DNA of 64,000 nt, from assembly GCA_041691135.1 (NCBI GenBank), contig JBEPVF010000001.1:160001-224000 (forward strand), read 5' to 3'. The position numbers and the translations under genes were made by a program. Under the pieces are notes generated by a model, which did not search any database, was not told the DNA's origin, and saw only the letters and a list, made by a program, of their open reading frames with translations. Positions 50,365 through 59,525 of this stretch are shown here, piece after piece. How positions within the stretch are numbered: position 1 is the first letter of the stretch; the number at the start of each line of letters is the position of its first letter. Source of the stretch: Candidatus Peribacteria bacterium (lineage in GTDB: Bacteria > Patescibacteriota > Gracilibacteria > Peribacterales > Peribacteraceae).

Positions 50365-51270
50365 TTACTTCGAGCCTAATACTTGTGACAATTCTCCACG
50401 CGGACTAGTGCCGACGATCTGCTGAGCAGCCTCGTCCCCGCTATCTACAAATCGTATCCAGGAGCAATTTCCACCATCAAGTTCCTGCAGAAGATTATTC
50501 ATATCAGGATCTGCCTGGTTTTGTTCAAGATACTGTCTTACCGCAGGTTCTAAGATTGTTCTGTCCGACGCCCCTCCAACATTATTCACTGCGAGGATCC
50601 GATATTGCTTGCCTGCCTTTCTTGCAAGAATGACATTGTGGACGTAATCAGGGATCTGCTTCTTCACAAAATCGCCGCCACTCACAAGCAGCACAGCGTC
50701 CACTCCCAATTCGTGAGAGAGAATATTGTATTTGTGATCCTTATTCACTTCTGCCCCCCAAGGGACGCCACTCGATGCTGATGCGCTTGGTGCTGGGTAG
50801 ACGAGGGTCATTGCACTACTGTTCTTCACGCATTCACAATTACTGCCTGGTTCCGTTCCCTTCGGCAAACCATAGAATACCGTTCTTCCACTAGCATCCT
50901 GTTGCCCAGCAATCGCCTGCTGAATTCCTGCCGTGTTTCCAGCGGCAATCGGACAATGTTCATTGGCAGGGTCTAATTCAGAAAGTCTTGCATTAAAGCT
51001 ATTCACAAATTGTTCGAATCTATGGAAGGTTTCCTCATCGGGAAAGGCAGCCAACGCCTTTTGCTCTTGATCTGGTTTTACAGTCTGACCACTCAGCATT
51101 TGCTTTCTCCATTGATAGGCCATGGAAATTCCATCAACAGTAAATACTTTTCGCGAAAGAACAGGAGCGAGTTGCTCTCGTAAAACTGCTTCATCAGGAT
51201 TACCCATATCAACAATTCTTGCCTGAGGATTCTCTGCTACTTCAGAAAGGGAGGTGATCTTGTCAGTCAT
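50365..51270 (-). CDS. SLOG-superfamily (LSDAT/TRPM-like) protein
   Basis: AAGNTAGIQ, PWGAE, VLLVSGG, NNVGGASD echo SLOG GGT..G, WG.E, v.gG, gsGg.AD motifs. Confidence 0.55.
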   Translation of the reverse strand: MTDKITSLSEVAENPQARIVDMGNPDEAVLREQLAPVLSRKVFTVDGISMAYQWRKQMLSGQTVKPDQEQKALAAFPDEETFHRFEQFVNSFNARLSELDPANEHCPIAAGNTAGIQQAIAGQQDASGRTVFYGLPKGTEPGSNCECVKNSSAMTLVYPAPSASASSGVPWGAEVNKDHKYNILSHELGVDAVLLVSGGDFVKKQIPDYVHNVILARKAGKQYRILAVNNVGGASDRTILEPAVRQYLEQNQADPDMNNLLQELDGGNCSWIRFVDSGDEAAQQIVGTSPRGELSQVLGSK

Positions 51271-51744
51271 AAGTATAATTTACTCTTAATATAGATTTTG
51301 TCAATTTTGAACTCTTGGCAGAAGAGCCTGTCAAATACCCAGGAAATTGGATTCGTATGAACAACCAAAAAAGTTCCCAATCGTTCCCCACAGCTCATTG
51401 ACGACATAGACGTTTTCATAGCGTAAGAGCACATTCTGACTCAATAGGATTCTTGAGAATATTTTTCACGAAATCCAGAGAATTCCTCAGCCCGATGAGC
51501 TTTTCTGACCTAGTAAGTGGATCCAATTTTCGAGGGCTTTCGAGTTCCCAATCGTTCCCTACAGCTCCACCATCAAGGACTTACTTCAAACTTTTAGGAC
51601 AGAATTTGCCTATAAATACAGAATTCTTGTCTTTAAAGCGAATTTGAAAAAGTTTGAAAATAGATTTACGGATTTTCTCGAAAATCGGAGCCACTTCGAA
51701 AGATGTGGCTTTGCTTTGCGGTTTTTATTGAGTTTGAAAATTGA

Positions 51745-52482
51745 TTATGGCCAATTCTTGAACACTCGTGGGAACTTCTGCGCCAAAAATTTCTTGGTTT
51801 TGAAAATAGGTTTGGAATACCACGCAATACCCTTTTCCCAAGCATAGGCATCTGCGTTGTAGAAGAGTCCTGAAGTCAGACTTGGATGAGGATCATCGTA
51901 GTGCATAACAGTAACTGTGATTGCAGTTCTTTCATCAATCGAACTCACCAAGCAATGACTTTCGCCATCCAGATGCTCAATGAACGCATGCGCTTCGTCG
52001 GGAGTCTTTCTGTATGAGAGAAAAAATTCGAGAACGCACGGAGTTTTCACTCTCTCTATCACTACGTCCTCCTCTCTCGCTGCTTTTGAAATCTCAGTGT
52101 GACCTTCGAACTTATCTAGCGTATAGCAGCAAATCAATACTGGGCGATGTACATCCTGCAGCCTGGGGAAATCACGATGTCGAGACAGATACTGACCATC
52201 TACAGTTTTCAGGTGTTTTACCCCAGCAAGATAGTGATAGGTCAGCGATTCCACTTTGCATTTCACTGGAGGTTTCGAGTCTCTTAGTTTTACTGTTTTG
52301 CCGTCGATCTCACGCATTCCAATCCCTTGAGTCAGAGTCGCTCCTTTCTGAAATTCAACGAACATGATTTTGAAATACGGCTCGTTGTGTTTGTCATTAT
52401 CATCAGAGATTCGTAGGAGTTTATGTAGATTGCCAGCTTCGTCCTTGAGAAGAAGTCGAGTGGATCGGAGTTTCTTTCCCAT
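51745..52482 (-). CDS. hypothetical protein directly downstream of the kinase
   Basis: ATG 7 nt after the kinase stop (alternative start 52533); no motif recognised. Confidence 0.65.
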   Translation of the reverse strand: MGKKLRSTRLLLKDEAGNLHKLLRISDDNDKHNEPYFKIMFVEFQKGATLTQGIGMREIDGKTVKLRDSKPPVKCKVESLTYHYLAGVKHLKTVDGQYLSRHRDFPRLQDVHRPVLICCYTLDKFEGHTEISKAAREEDVVIERVKTPCVLEFFLSYRKTPDEAHAFIEHLDGESHCLVSSIDERTAITVTVMHYDDPHPSLTSGLFYNADAYAWEKGIAWYSKPIFKTKKFLAQKFPRVFKNWP

Positions 52483-52489
52483 GTGCAAA

Positions 52490-54034
52490 TCAGTAGGTAT
52501 CAGAAAATCTGCCACGGCCTCGTAGGTCTTCATTGAAAGCTCTTGATTGACGCTCCGCCTCCTCTCGTGTTTCCAGTTTTACAAGAGTTGGAATGAGATG
52601 CTCAACCACTCGCTGCACATCATCGCGGCTGAGTGCGTGCTCTCGAATGTTGTAGATGTCCATCGCACGCCTGTTGGAGTACGCCTTCGTAAACTCGTCT
52701 CCGGGGAGTGGTGCGGTCTTGTTGCGAAAAGATTTTCCTGAGAAGCCCCTCATAGAAACCTCAACAAACCTCCATTCTCCATACTGACTCTCAGGTGGGC
52801 GAGTCAGTACGAGATTCCAGCCGACCAACATTTCACCATGTTGGTCGATCATGATGTGTCCGCCATGAACAATATGCTGTTCTCTGAGACTTTTTGCATA
52901 CCCCGGGTACTGCCGATCCTCGACGGGAAAATGGGGATAAAAACCAATCTGGAGGCGACGATTTGCAAAGCTGTACGTCATCTCTCCGCTATGCATCCCT
53001 TCTGTTCGTATCTGCACTTCGGGGGAAGCGACGTTGAGTTCCTCGACGACCTCTTGGAACATATCGAGCACTTGCTGTTCCATGTACTTATTGCGGGCAG
53101 CCGTGTCGTTCTGTACTTGAGCAGTCTGAGCTTGTGAGAGACGCATTTTTTCTTCAGCGTCGTGGTGCTTCCGCATAGCCTCAACTGCGGGGCTTACTGT
53201 AGGTTTCGCCGCTGCGCCTACACGCAACGCCTGACGCACTTCATCGGCTGTCTGGAAACGTCGGCTGGGTTCCTTGTCGAGCAGCTTCTTTATAACGCCA
53301 TCAACTGTGAAAGGAACTTCGGCACGCACAGTTCTCGCGCGCGGCGCAGGCTCATAGATATGGAGCCTTTGGAGATCACGAGCATCGTCAGCTATGAACG
53401 GTGGTTGTCCGGTCAATGCCTCGAACAGCATCACGCCAATGGCGTATAGATCAGCAGGGATGCCGATGGCCTTCCGTTCCCAAACCTCAGGAGCCATGTA
53501 AAGAGGAGTCCCTGATCCTTTGAAGGTTAGGCTCTGGGTCGCATCATCCACGAACTTCGTGAGTCCGAAGTCACCGATCTTCAGCACTTTTCTGTCCACC
53601 ATTATGTTCTCGGGCTTCAAGTCTCTGTGAACGAGGCGAGCATGGAGTGCCGACAAACCAGCAAGGATTTGATCGAAGTCGGCCAAAATCGTCTCTACTG
53701 GAGCTCCCCTGAAGGTATCCAAGCGAGCGCGGTAGTTCCCATCAGCACAGTAGGGATACACAACGAAAAGCCCCTTTTTACGCCGTGATTCGCACTCTCC
53801 GTGGTCAATCGGGATCAACAAGTTCTCATGACTCAGTCCTTCGGCTGCATTGAGCTCCTTCTGGAAAGAAAGCTCCGCTTGCGCGTTAGTCACGGGCATG
53901 ATGACCTTCACAGCATACTGTTCCTTCTTGCCCTTCGTTCCGAGGTACACCGTTCCGAATCCGCCTGCACCGATCTCTTCGCCGATCTTCAGCTTCAGCC
54001 CCTTTTCGCCGATCAATTCGTCACCTGTCTTCAT
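52490..54034 (-). CDS. Hanks-type Ser/Thr protein kinase with unknown C-terminal domain
   Basis: GAGGFGTVY, AVK, HRDLKPEN, DFG, GTPLYMAPE motifs; no TM helix. Confidence 0.92.
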   Translation of the reverse strand: MKTGDELIGEKGLKLKIGEEIGAGGFGTVYLGTKGKKEQYAVKVIMPVTNAQAELSFQKELNAAEGLSHENLLIPIDHGECESRRKKGLFVVYPYCADGNYRARLDTFRGAPVETILADFDQILAGLSALHARLVHRDLKPENIMVDRKVLKIGDFGLTKFVDDATQSLTFKGSGTPLYMAPEVWERKAIGIPADLYAIGVMLFEALTGQPPFIADDARDLQRLHIYEPAPRARTVRAEVPFTVDGVIKKLLDKEPSRRFQTADEVRQALRVGAAAKPTVSPAVEAMRKHHDAEEKMRLSQAQTAQVQNDTAARNKYMEQQVLDMFQEVVEELNVASPEVQIRTEGMHSGEMTYSFANRRLQIGFYPHFPVEDRQYPGYAKSLREQHIVHGGHIMIDQHGEMLVGWNLVLTRPPESQYGEWRFVEVSMRGFSGKSFRNKTAPLPGDEFTKAYSNRRAMDIYNIREHALSRDDVQRVVEHLIPTLVKLETREEAERQSRAFNEDLRGRGRFSDTY

Positions 54035-54376
54035 AGCTCAGTGTAAAATGTCATAGTGATTCCTACGCCAAAAACGTCGGAAAGTCCACAAACGCTCAAT
54101 TGCTGACTGTAGCTTGAAAACTCCCGGCAGCTCGGTTGACTCAATTCCATTACAGGATGAGATCATCCCTTGGCGCTGGCCGTCTATTCAGGATCTGAAT
54201 TATCGGCTTAAGCGAATATCCTAGCCCATCTAGCGCTTCTACTAGATCTAGCACATCTCTGTTGTACACGTCTTGGAGTTTGAAGCTCGTTTCTAATGCT
54301 CCACCATGGCAACTTTGCTTGGATTTCTTGTACACTTTAATTAACACTGTTAACATCAGCAACCTTTCACTTTCGT

Positions 54377-55144
54377 ATGAAGTACATAAAAAGTGGTCGA
54401 AACCTTATTGAAGCAGCTGAACTCTGTCGAAATGATCTCTCTGCGCATTTTAACTTCACATCAACATCGCGCGTAGGGGTTTTAGATATGTCGAACGAGA
54501 CAGACCAAGTCCGATACAAAGCTCTTGCGGCACTTAGTGAGATAGACCCAGACGAGGCAATGTCCGCATTGGAAAATTTTTCGGCAGCATGCATTTATGA
54601 TGGTTCTGAAAAAGATTATTATCTTATTTTTAAAAATCCCACTGATCCAACTCTCGGGCATGAGGTAACACATGGCGAACATGAAAAATTGCATTTTCCG
54701 CGTCTAGGATCAAACGATGAATACCACAAAGCTTTTTCATTTGGTGAAGTGCGAGAATTAATTGCCTATCTTGGAGAACGCTTCGTGCGTCAAAAAATAT
54801 TTCGTAGCGAGAAATCGAGGAAACTAGAGCGACATAGGCCGTCCATAACTCCTCCCGGATGGGGTTGGTTGGGAGTGGAACCGGATCCTAACTTTCCATA
54901 TGTCTTGGGAAGCGGAATCGCACAATCCGTATCTTCGCATGAACGATACAGTCCTCAGGCTATTTTCCATGCGGAAGATGACAGTGCTATGTTGAAAGAA
55001 GTAAACAGAGTTTGCATTCCAATTATTACTGTCGAACTGCCAAAAGATTGGGATATTGATGGTCTTGTTCAGAAGTACCACGAGCGCTTAGAAGCCATTG
55101 GCCTGAAGGCTAAAATTAAAACGAAGTTTGTAGAGAATTTTTGA
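54377..55144 (+). CDS. putative zincin-like (HExxH) protein
   Basis: TLGHEVTH followed by EVRELIAY (candidate third ligand Glu). Confidence 0.55.
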   Translation: MKYIKSGRNLIEAAELCRNDLSAHFNFTSTSRVGVLDMSNETDQVRYKALAALSEIDPDEAMSALENFSAACIYDGSEKDYYLIFKNPTDPTLGHEVTHGEHEKLHFPRLGSNDEYHKAFSFGEVRELIAYLGERFVRQKIFRSEKSRKLERHRPSITPPGWGWLGVEPDPNFPYVLGSGIAQSVSSHERYSPQAIFHAEDDSAMLKEVNRVCIPIITVELPKDWDIDGLVQKYHERLEAIGLKAKIKTKFVENF

Positions 55145-55318
55145 GATTAATGAAAAAATTCCAAATCTTTCCCTTCAGCTCCACCATTATATAAAACCAA
55201 AATCACTCTTTTGTTACCTGAAGAACAAAAGTCGGTTTGAAACAGCAATGTCTACAGCTTCGTCAGTGAGCGACAACTTATTTTTCGGTGATACAGATGG
55301 AAAAATTATTCAAGTACA

Positions 55319-55916
55319 TCAAGTAGTTTGTCCTGCAGGCGAGCCATTTTGCAAAGACGGATTTTCCACTACTCGGACATATTTGCGACGCTGGAAGGAG
55401 GCAACCACATCGGCGATCTTTTCGGCTACCTCCTGCGCATGCGGGATATATTTCATCACTGTTTCGCGTTCGCCTTCTTTCAAATGAAAACGCAGCATTC
55501 CAAACGGAAAGATATTCCAAAACTGAGTCTCCGCTACGACACTGGCAAAATTTTCCAGACTCATCTGAGTGATATCCCGACGAAAGAGAAATGATTGATC
55601 GACGAGGATGATTTTTCCAGACGTGATCTGGATAAAACTGAAACGCCAATGAATATACTTTTTAAACAGAGGTAACAGGACAAATAGGATAAATATTATT
55701 ACCGCGGATCCGAAGATCCAAAAAGCTGATCCTTGCGAGTACACGAAGAGCAGCACACTGAGTATCACCACAACAAGTGCAACGGCCGCTTGTTGAAATA
55801 TGGACAGCAAAAAACATGTAGCGCGAATAATGGATCGTCATCAGGAGCTCCTCACCTTCGGAGGCGAAACTGTTTTTTATTTTTTCCACATTGGTTTCCA
55901 GGGCCAGAATACGCAT
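55319..55916 (-). pseudogene. frameshifted membrane PH-domain protein
   Basis: N-terminus MRILALETN..YMF joins LLSIFQQ.. only if one T is removed from the T6 run at 55809-55814. Confidence 0.65.
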
Positions 55917-56052
55917 AAGAAAGGCAGTATAAACCTTTTTACCTGAACCAGCGAACAACTCCCCATAAAACCAGTTTTTACCCTAGCCGCCTATTCAAGC
56001 CCCTAAAATCATCCTATAATCCCGCGCTTCTTACTTTTCTCTTCTCATTTTC

Positions 56053-57510
56053 ATGGACCAGGGCGATGTCATCTTGCGGTTCCAGGACGTTCGATTCCAT
56101 TTCGATCAGAACAAGCCCATTTTGGATGAGGCGAGTTTTTCGGTGCGCGAGAATGCCAAGCTGACGGTAATGGGACAGAACGGTGCGGGCAAGAGCACGA
56201 TCTTCAAACTGATCATGCGTGAATTAAAACCTCAGGAGGGAGAGATTCATATGAAGCGGGGCACGACTGTGGGCATCGCCAAGCAAGTGATCGCGCATGA
56301 GGATTTAAACAAAACAGTATTGGAATTTTTCGAAGGCGCGTTTAACGAAAAGAAATACGACATCGAGCGCCACATTGCGCGTGTATTGGACGCCGTTCAT
56401 TTGAAGGCAGCGCACGACAAGAAGTTAAAAGACTTTTCGGGCGGACAAAAGGCTCGTTTGCTTTTGGCATTCGCGCTGATTCAAGAACCTGACTTGCTGC
56501 TATTGGATGAGCCGACGAACAACTTAGACGCAGCCGGCATCGATCATCTGACGCAATTTCTGATCGACTACGACAAGACATGCATCGTCATCTCCCACGA
56601 TGCGGCATTCCTCAATTGCTTCACACAAGGTGTGCTCCATTTGGATGCGCATTCACACAAGGTGGAACAGTTCGTGGGCGACTACTACGACGTGGTTGAG
56701 CGGATTCAGGAACAAATCGAACGCGAGCAACGCCAGAATGCACGGATGGAGAAGGCGATTATCGATCAGAAGGAGAAGATTAACTTCTTCTCGCACAAAG
56801 GCGGAAAAATGCGCAAACTGGCCAGTAAAATGCGCGACGCGGTGGAAGAAGCGGAAGAAAACAAAGTCGATGTGCGTCGCGAAGATAAAACGATTGCACC
56901 GTTCACCATCGATGCCGAACCGTTCACTAAGCCACTCGTTCACATCACCTCGGTGACGGTGATGAAGGATCACAAGCCAGTGAAGAGGAAGTTAAAAACG
57001 GAAGTGACTGTGCGTCGCCGACATCGAGTACTCATCACCGGTCCCAACGGCATCGGCAAAAGTTCGCTGCTGGAGGCGATGGCCAATGGAACAGAACTGG
57101 GCAGCACCATCACACAGGGCGTGAAGATCGGCTACTACCGCCAGGATTTTTCCGGTCTGCCGCACGATAAAACGGTGTACCAGATTTTGGGAGAAGAAAT
57201 GCAGATGGAAAACCGTCAGGAAATTTTCGCGACTGCCGCACGTTTCCTGCTGCCCGGCGACAAAGTGCAAACGAAAGTCTCGGCACTCTCCGAAGGGCAA
57301 AAAGGCCTGCTCTGCTTCGCGCGATTCATGATCCAAAAACCGACGCTGTTGATCCTCGACGAGCCGACGAATCATATTAACTTCCGTCATATTCCCGTGA
57401 TCGCCGAGGCCTTGAATGAATACGAAGGCGGCCTGATTCTGGTCAGCCACGATCAGGAATTCGTGAATCAGGTGCAGATGGACGAGGAATTGGATTTGGG
57501 GGCGTTGTGA
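56053..57510 (+). CDS. ABC-F family ATPase
   Basis: two NBDs (GQNGAGKST, SGGQKAR, LDEPTNNLD; GPNGIGKSS, LDEPTNH); no TM helices. Confidence 0.92.
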   Translation: MDQGDVILRFQDVRFHFDQNKPILDEASFSVRENAKLTVMGQNGAGKSTIFKLIMRELKPQEGEIHMKRGTTVGIAKQVIAHEDLNKTVLEFFEGAFNEKKYDIERHIARVLDAVHLKAAHDKKLKDFSGGQKARLLLAFALIQEPDLLLLDEPTNNLDAAGIDHLTQFLIDYDKTCIVISHDAAFLNCFTQGVLHLDAHSHKVEQFVGDYYDVVERIQEQIEREQRQNARMEKAIIDQKEKINFFSHKGGKMRKLASKMRDAVEEAEENKVDVRREDKTIAPFTIDAEPFTKPLVHITSVTVMKDHKPVKRKLKTEVTVRRRHRVLITGPNGIGKSSLLEAMANGTELGSTITQGVKIGYYRQDFSGLPHDKTVYQILGEEMQMENRQEIFATAARFLLPGDKVQTKVSALSEGQKGLLCFARFMIQKPTLLILDEPTNHINFRHIPVIAEALNEYEGGLILVSHDQEFVNQVQMDEELDLGAL

Positions 57511-57633
57511 CGAAGATTTCAATAGATACTGAGGCAATCTGCGGCCTCCACATCACATCAAAGATGCATGAGAAACGTATCGACGACTGAAAGGAAATAA
57601 ATCGACACCCAATAAGGCAGATTACATATTCAC

Positions 57634-58995
57634 TCACAAATACGATTCCACCTGCATTCCGCCGATCCATACGATTGTTTCTTCCGGCAACTGTAATTTT
57701 TTGATAGCCTTGCGCAGTCCGACCCGATCCAAAACATCATGGAACCGATTCACGGCTCCTGTATTGGAAAAATCAGTCATGCGCGTGAACTGCTCCAAAC
57801 GCTTGCCATGGACGGCAACCGAACCGTCTTTTAATTTCTCGATACGATAGGCACCCATCGTATCGCCCCCGCCCAAGTGCGGACGCAACACCGGAACTTC
57901 TTTTTTGTGTTCGTCAGCCATATCTTCTTCGTGCTGATGACGCTTCTCGCGCTCTTCGAGTACCAAGGGCAGTAATTTCTTCTTGAGCTCATCGGTTCCC
58001 AGCGTCGTGGCCGCCGAAATACATGCAAAGATGCGCAAGCCGCCTTTTTCGAGCGAGTGCTGCAAACTTTTCACATCATCGGGAATCAAATCGATTTTAT
58101 TGAGGATCACCAGTTCGCGCTTGAGCGCCAGAGTAGGGGAGTAGGCCTCGAGTTCGCGGCGGATCGCCATGTAATCCTCCAGGAGTAATTCCGGTTGCAA
58201 TGCGGAATCCGGTGACGCACTCGAATCGAACGCACGCGAGACATCGAGCACATGCAAGAGCACGCCGACACGTTCGAGGTGCTTAAGAAATGTGTGACCC
58301 AATCCTTTGCCTTCGCTGGCGCCTTCGATGAGTCCCGGTACGTCGCACACGATGTACGAACGCGTGTCGACATCCACCACACCCAAGTTCGGCACGAGCG
58401 TTGTAAACGGATAATCGGCAATCTTCGGCTTGGCCGCGCTGATCACCGAGATAAGCGTCGATTTGCCCACGCTCGGATAGCCGATAATACCGACATCGGC
58501 GACCAGCTTCAGTTCCAAATGCAATTTTCGCTTCTCTCCGGGTTCGCCGAGTTCGGCGAAATCCGGCCGCTGACGTGTGGAACTTTTAAAGTGTGCATTG
58601 CCGTACCCGCCGCGTCCGCCATGCGACACTACAATTTCGTCACCATGCGTCGTCAGATCGCCAATGAGCAGTTCTTGCACTTTTCCCTTCTCATCTTCGG
58701 CAAACTCATGAATCAGCGTGCCCGGCGGAACAAGTAGAACCCGATCCTCACCGTCTTTGCCAGCCCGCTGGCTGCCGGATCCGAATTCGCCTTTTTCGGC
58801 TTCAAATTTTTTGCGCGACGCGAAATTGCTCAACGTATCAGTATTATCATCAGCTCGAATAATCACATCGCCACCTACACCGCCGTTACCACCGCTGGGT
58901 CCTCCCATAGGGACATATTTCTCACGTCGCCAGGCAACACAACCAGCACCGCCTTTTCCGCCGATGACTTCAATAATGGCTTCATCTAAGAACAT
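57634..58995 (-). CDS. obgE: GTPase ObgE (CgtA)
   Basis: MFLDE..GGKGG.G, GYPSVGKST, YPFTTL.PNLG, DVPGLIEGA, NKID motifs. Confidence 0.97.
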   Translation of the reverse strand: MFLDEAIIEVIGGKGGAGCVAWRREKYVPMGGPSGGNGGVGGDVIIRADDNTDTLSNFASRKKFEAEKGEFGSGSQRAGKDGEDRVLLVPPGTLIHEFAEDEKGKVQELLIGDLTTHGDEIVVSHGGRGGYGNAHFKSSTRQRPDFAELGEPGEKRKLHLELKLVADVGIIGYPSVGKSTLISVISAAKPKIADYPFTTLVPNLGVVDVDTRSYIVCDVPGLIEGASEGKGLGHTFLKHLERVGVLLHVLDVSRAFDSSASPDSALQPELLLEDYMAIRRELEAYSPTLALKRELVILNKIDLIPDDVKSLQHSLEKGGLRIFACISAATTLGTDELKKKLLPLVLEEREKRHQHEEDMADEHKKEVPVLRPHLGGGDTMGAYRIEKLKDGSVAVHGKRLEQFTRMTDFSNTGAVNRFHDVLDRVGLRKAIKKLQLPEETIVWIGGMQVESYL

Positions 58996-59000
58996 TGTCT

Positions 59001-59038
59001 GAAATGTAAAATGTAGAATGGACAATGTACAATGAATT
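59001..59038. repeat. heptamer repeat arm (left)
   Basis: GAAATGTAAAATGTAGAATGGACAATGTACAATGAATT; inverted relative to 59489-59519. Confidence 0.8.
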
Positions 59039-59041
59039 GCT

Positions 59042-59431
59042 TTAGGAAGACAGCCCTTGTCTTGTAGTTTTCAAGATTGCGGTTAGAAGAGCAATTAGCT
59101 CTTCTATATCAGATAATAATGAAGTTATTTGATCACTTCGATCGACATCAGCATCACGAATAAGCATGAGCCAATACCGACTTTCGTAAGCTTCTTTTAA
59201 AGCGATTGAGAGCTTATTAGCAAAATCCTTTTTACTTGGAGCATTCACGGCTTCTTCAATATTCGCTCCCACACTTGTCCCACTTTTAAGTAATTGAGTG
59301 CAAACAACAAATTCCTTTTTCTTTGTTAAGAAGCGACAGTATTTGACGATTTTTACTGCGAATGCGTAGGACTTTTGCCGAACAGTATTAGGTTTTTCTT
59401 GCATTTTGTAATCGTACATCCTCCATTTCAT
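59042..59431 (-). CDS. four helix bundle protein (23S rRNA IVP / TIGR02436-like)
   Basis: KSYAFA..I, QLLKSGTSVGANIEEA, DFANKLSIALKEAYESRYWL; start may be 59404. Confidence 0.92.
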   Translation of the reverse strand: MKWRMYDYKMQEKPNTVRQKSYAFAVKIVKYCRFLTKKKEFVVCTQLLKSGTSVGANIEEAVNAPSKKDFANKLSIALKEAYESRYWLMLIRDADVDRSDQITSLLSDIEELIALLTAILKTTRQGLSS

Positions 59432-59449
59432 ATTTAATATTCTGAACTA

Positions 59450-59490
59450 TTGACCCTGCTAAATTATCACTCTAAAATGATGAGTGATAA
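59450..59490 (+). promoter_or_regulatory. dnaK promoter overlapped by a CIRCE-like (HrcA) operator
   Basis: TTGACC-N17-TAAAAT; TTATCACTC-N9-GAGTGATAA at 59464-59490. Confidence 0.8.
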
Positions 59491-59519
59491 TTCATTGTAC
59501 ATTTTACATTTTACATTTC
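59489..59519. repeat. heptamer repeat arm (right)
   Basis: AATTCATTGTACATTTTACATTTTACATTTC. Confidence 0.8.
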
Positions 59520-59525
59520 TCGCCT

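Larger units (their letters stand above)
49260..55187. mobile_element. integrase-less genomic island(s) at the tRNA-Ala 3' end
   Basis: TCCCTTCAGCTCCACCAT at 49260-49277 and 55170-55187, with a 1-mismatch copy at 51556-51573; visibly AT-richer accessory genes. Confidence 0.85.

Noticed and set aside
54150-54362. 70-aa ORF in the island spacer
   Set aside because: No motif or start signal; at most a gene fragment.
59042-59431. Four-helix-bundle gene as the Avd of a diversity-generating retroelement
   Set aside because: No reverse transcriptase and no template/variable repeat pair seen in the window.
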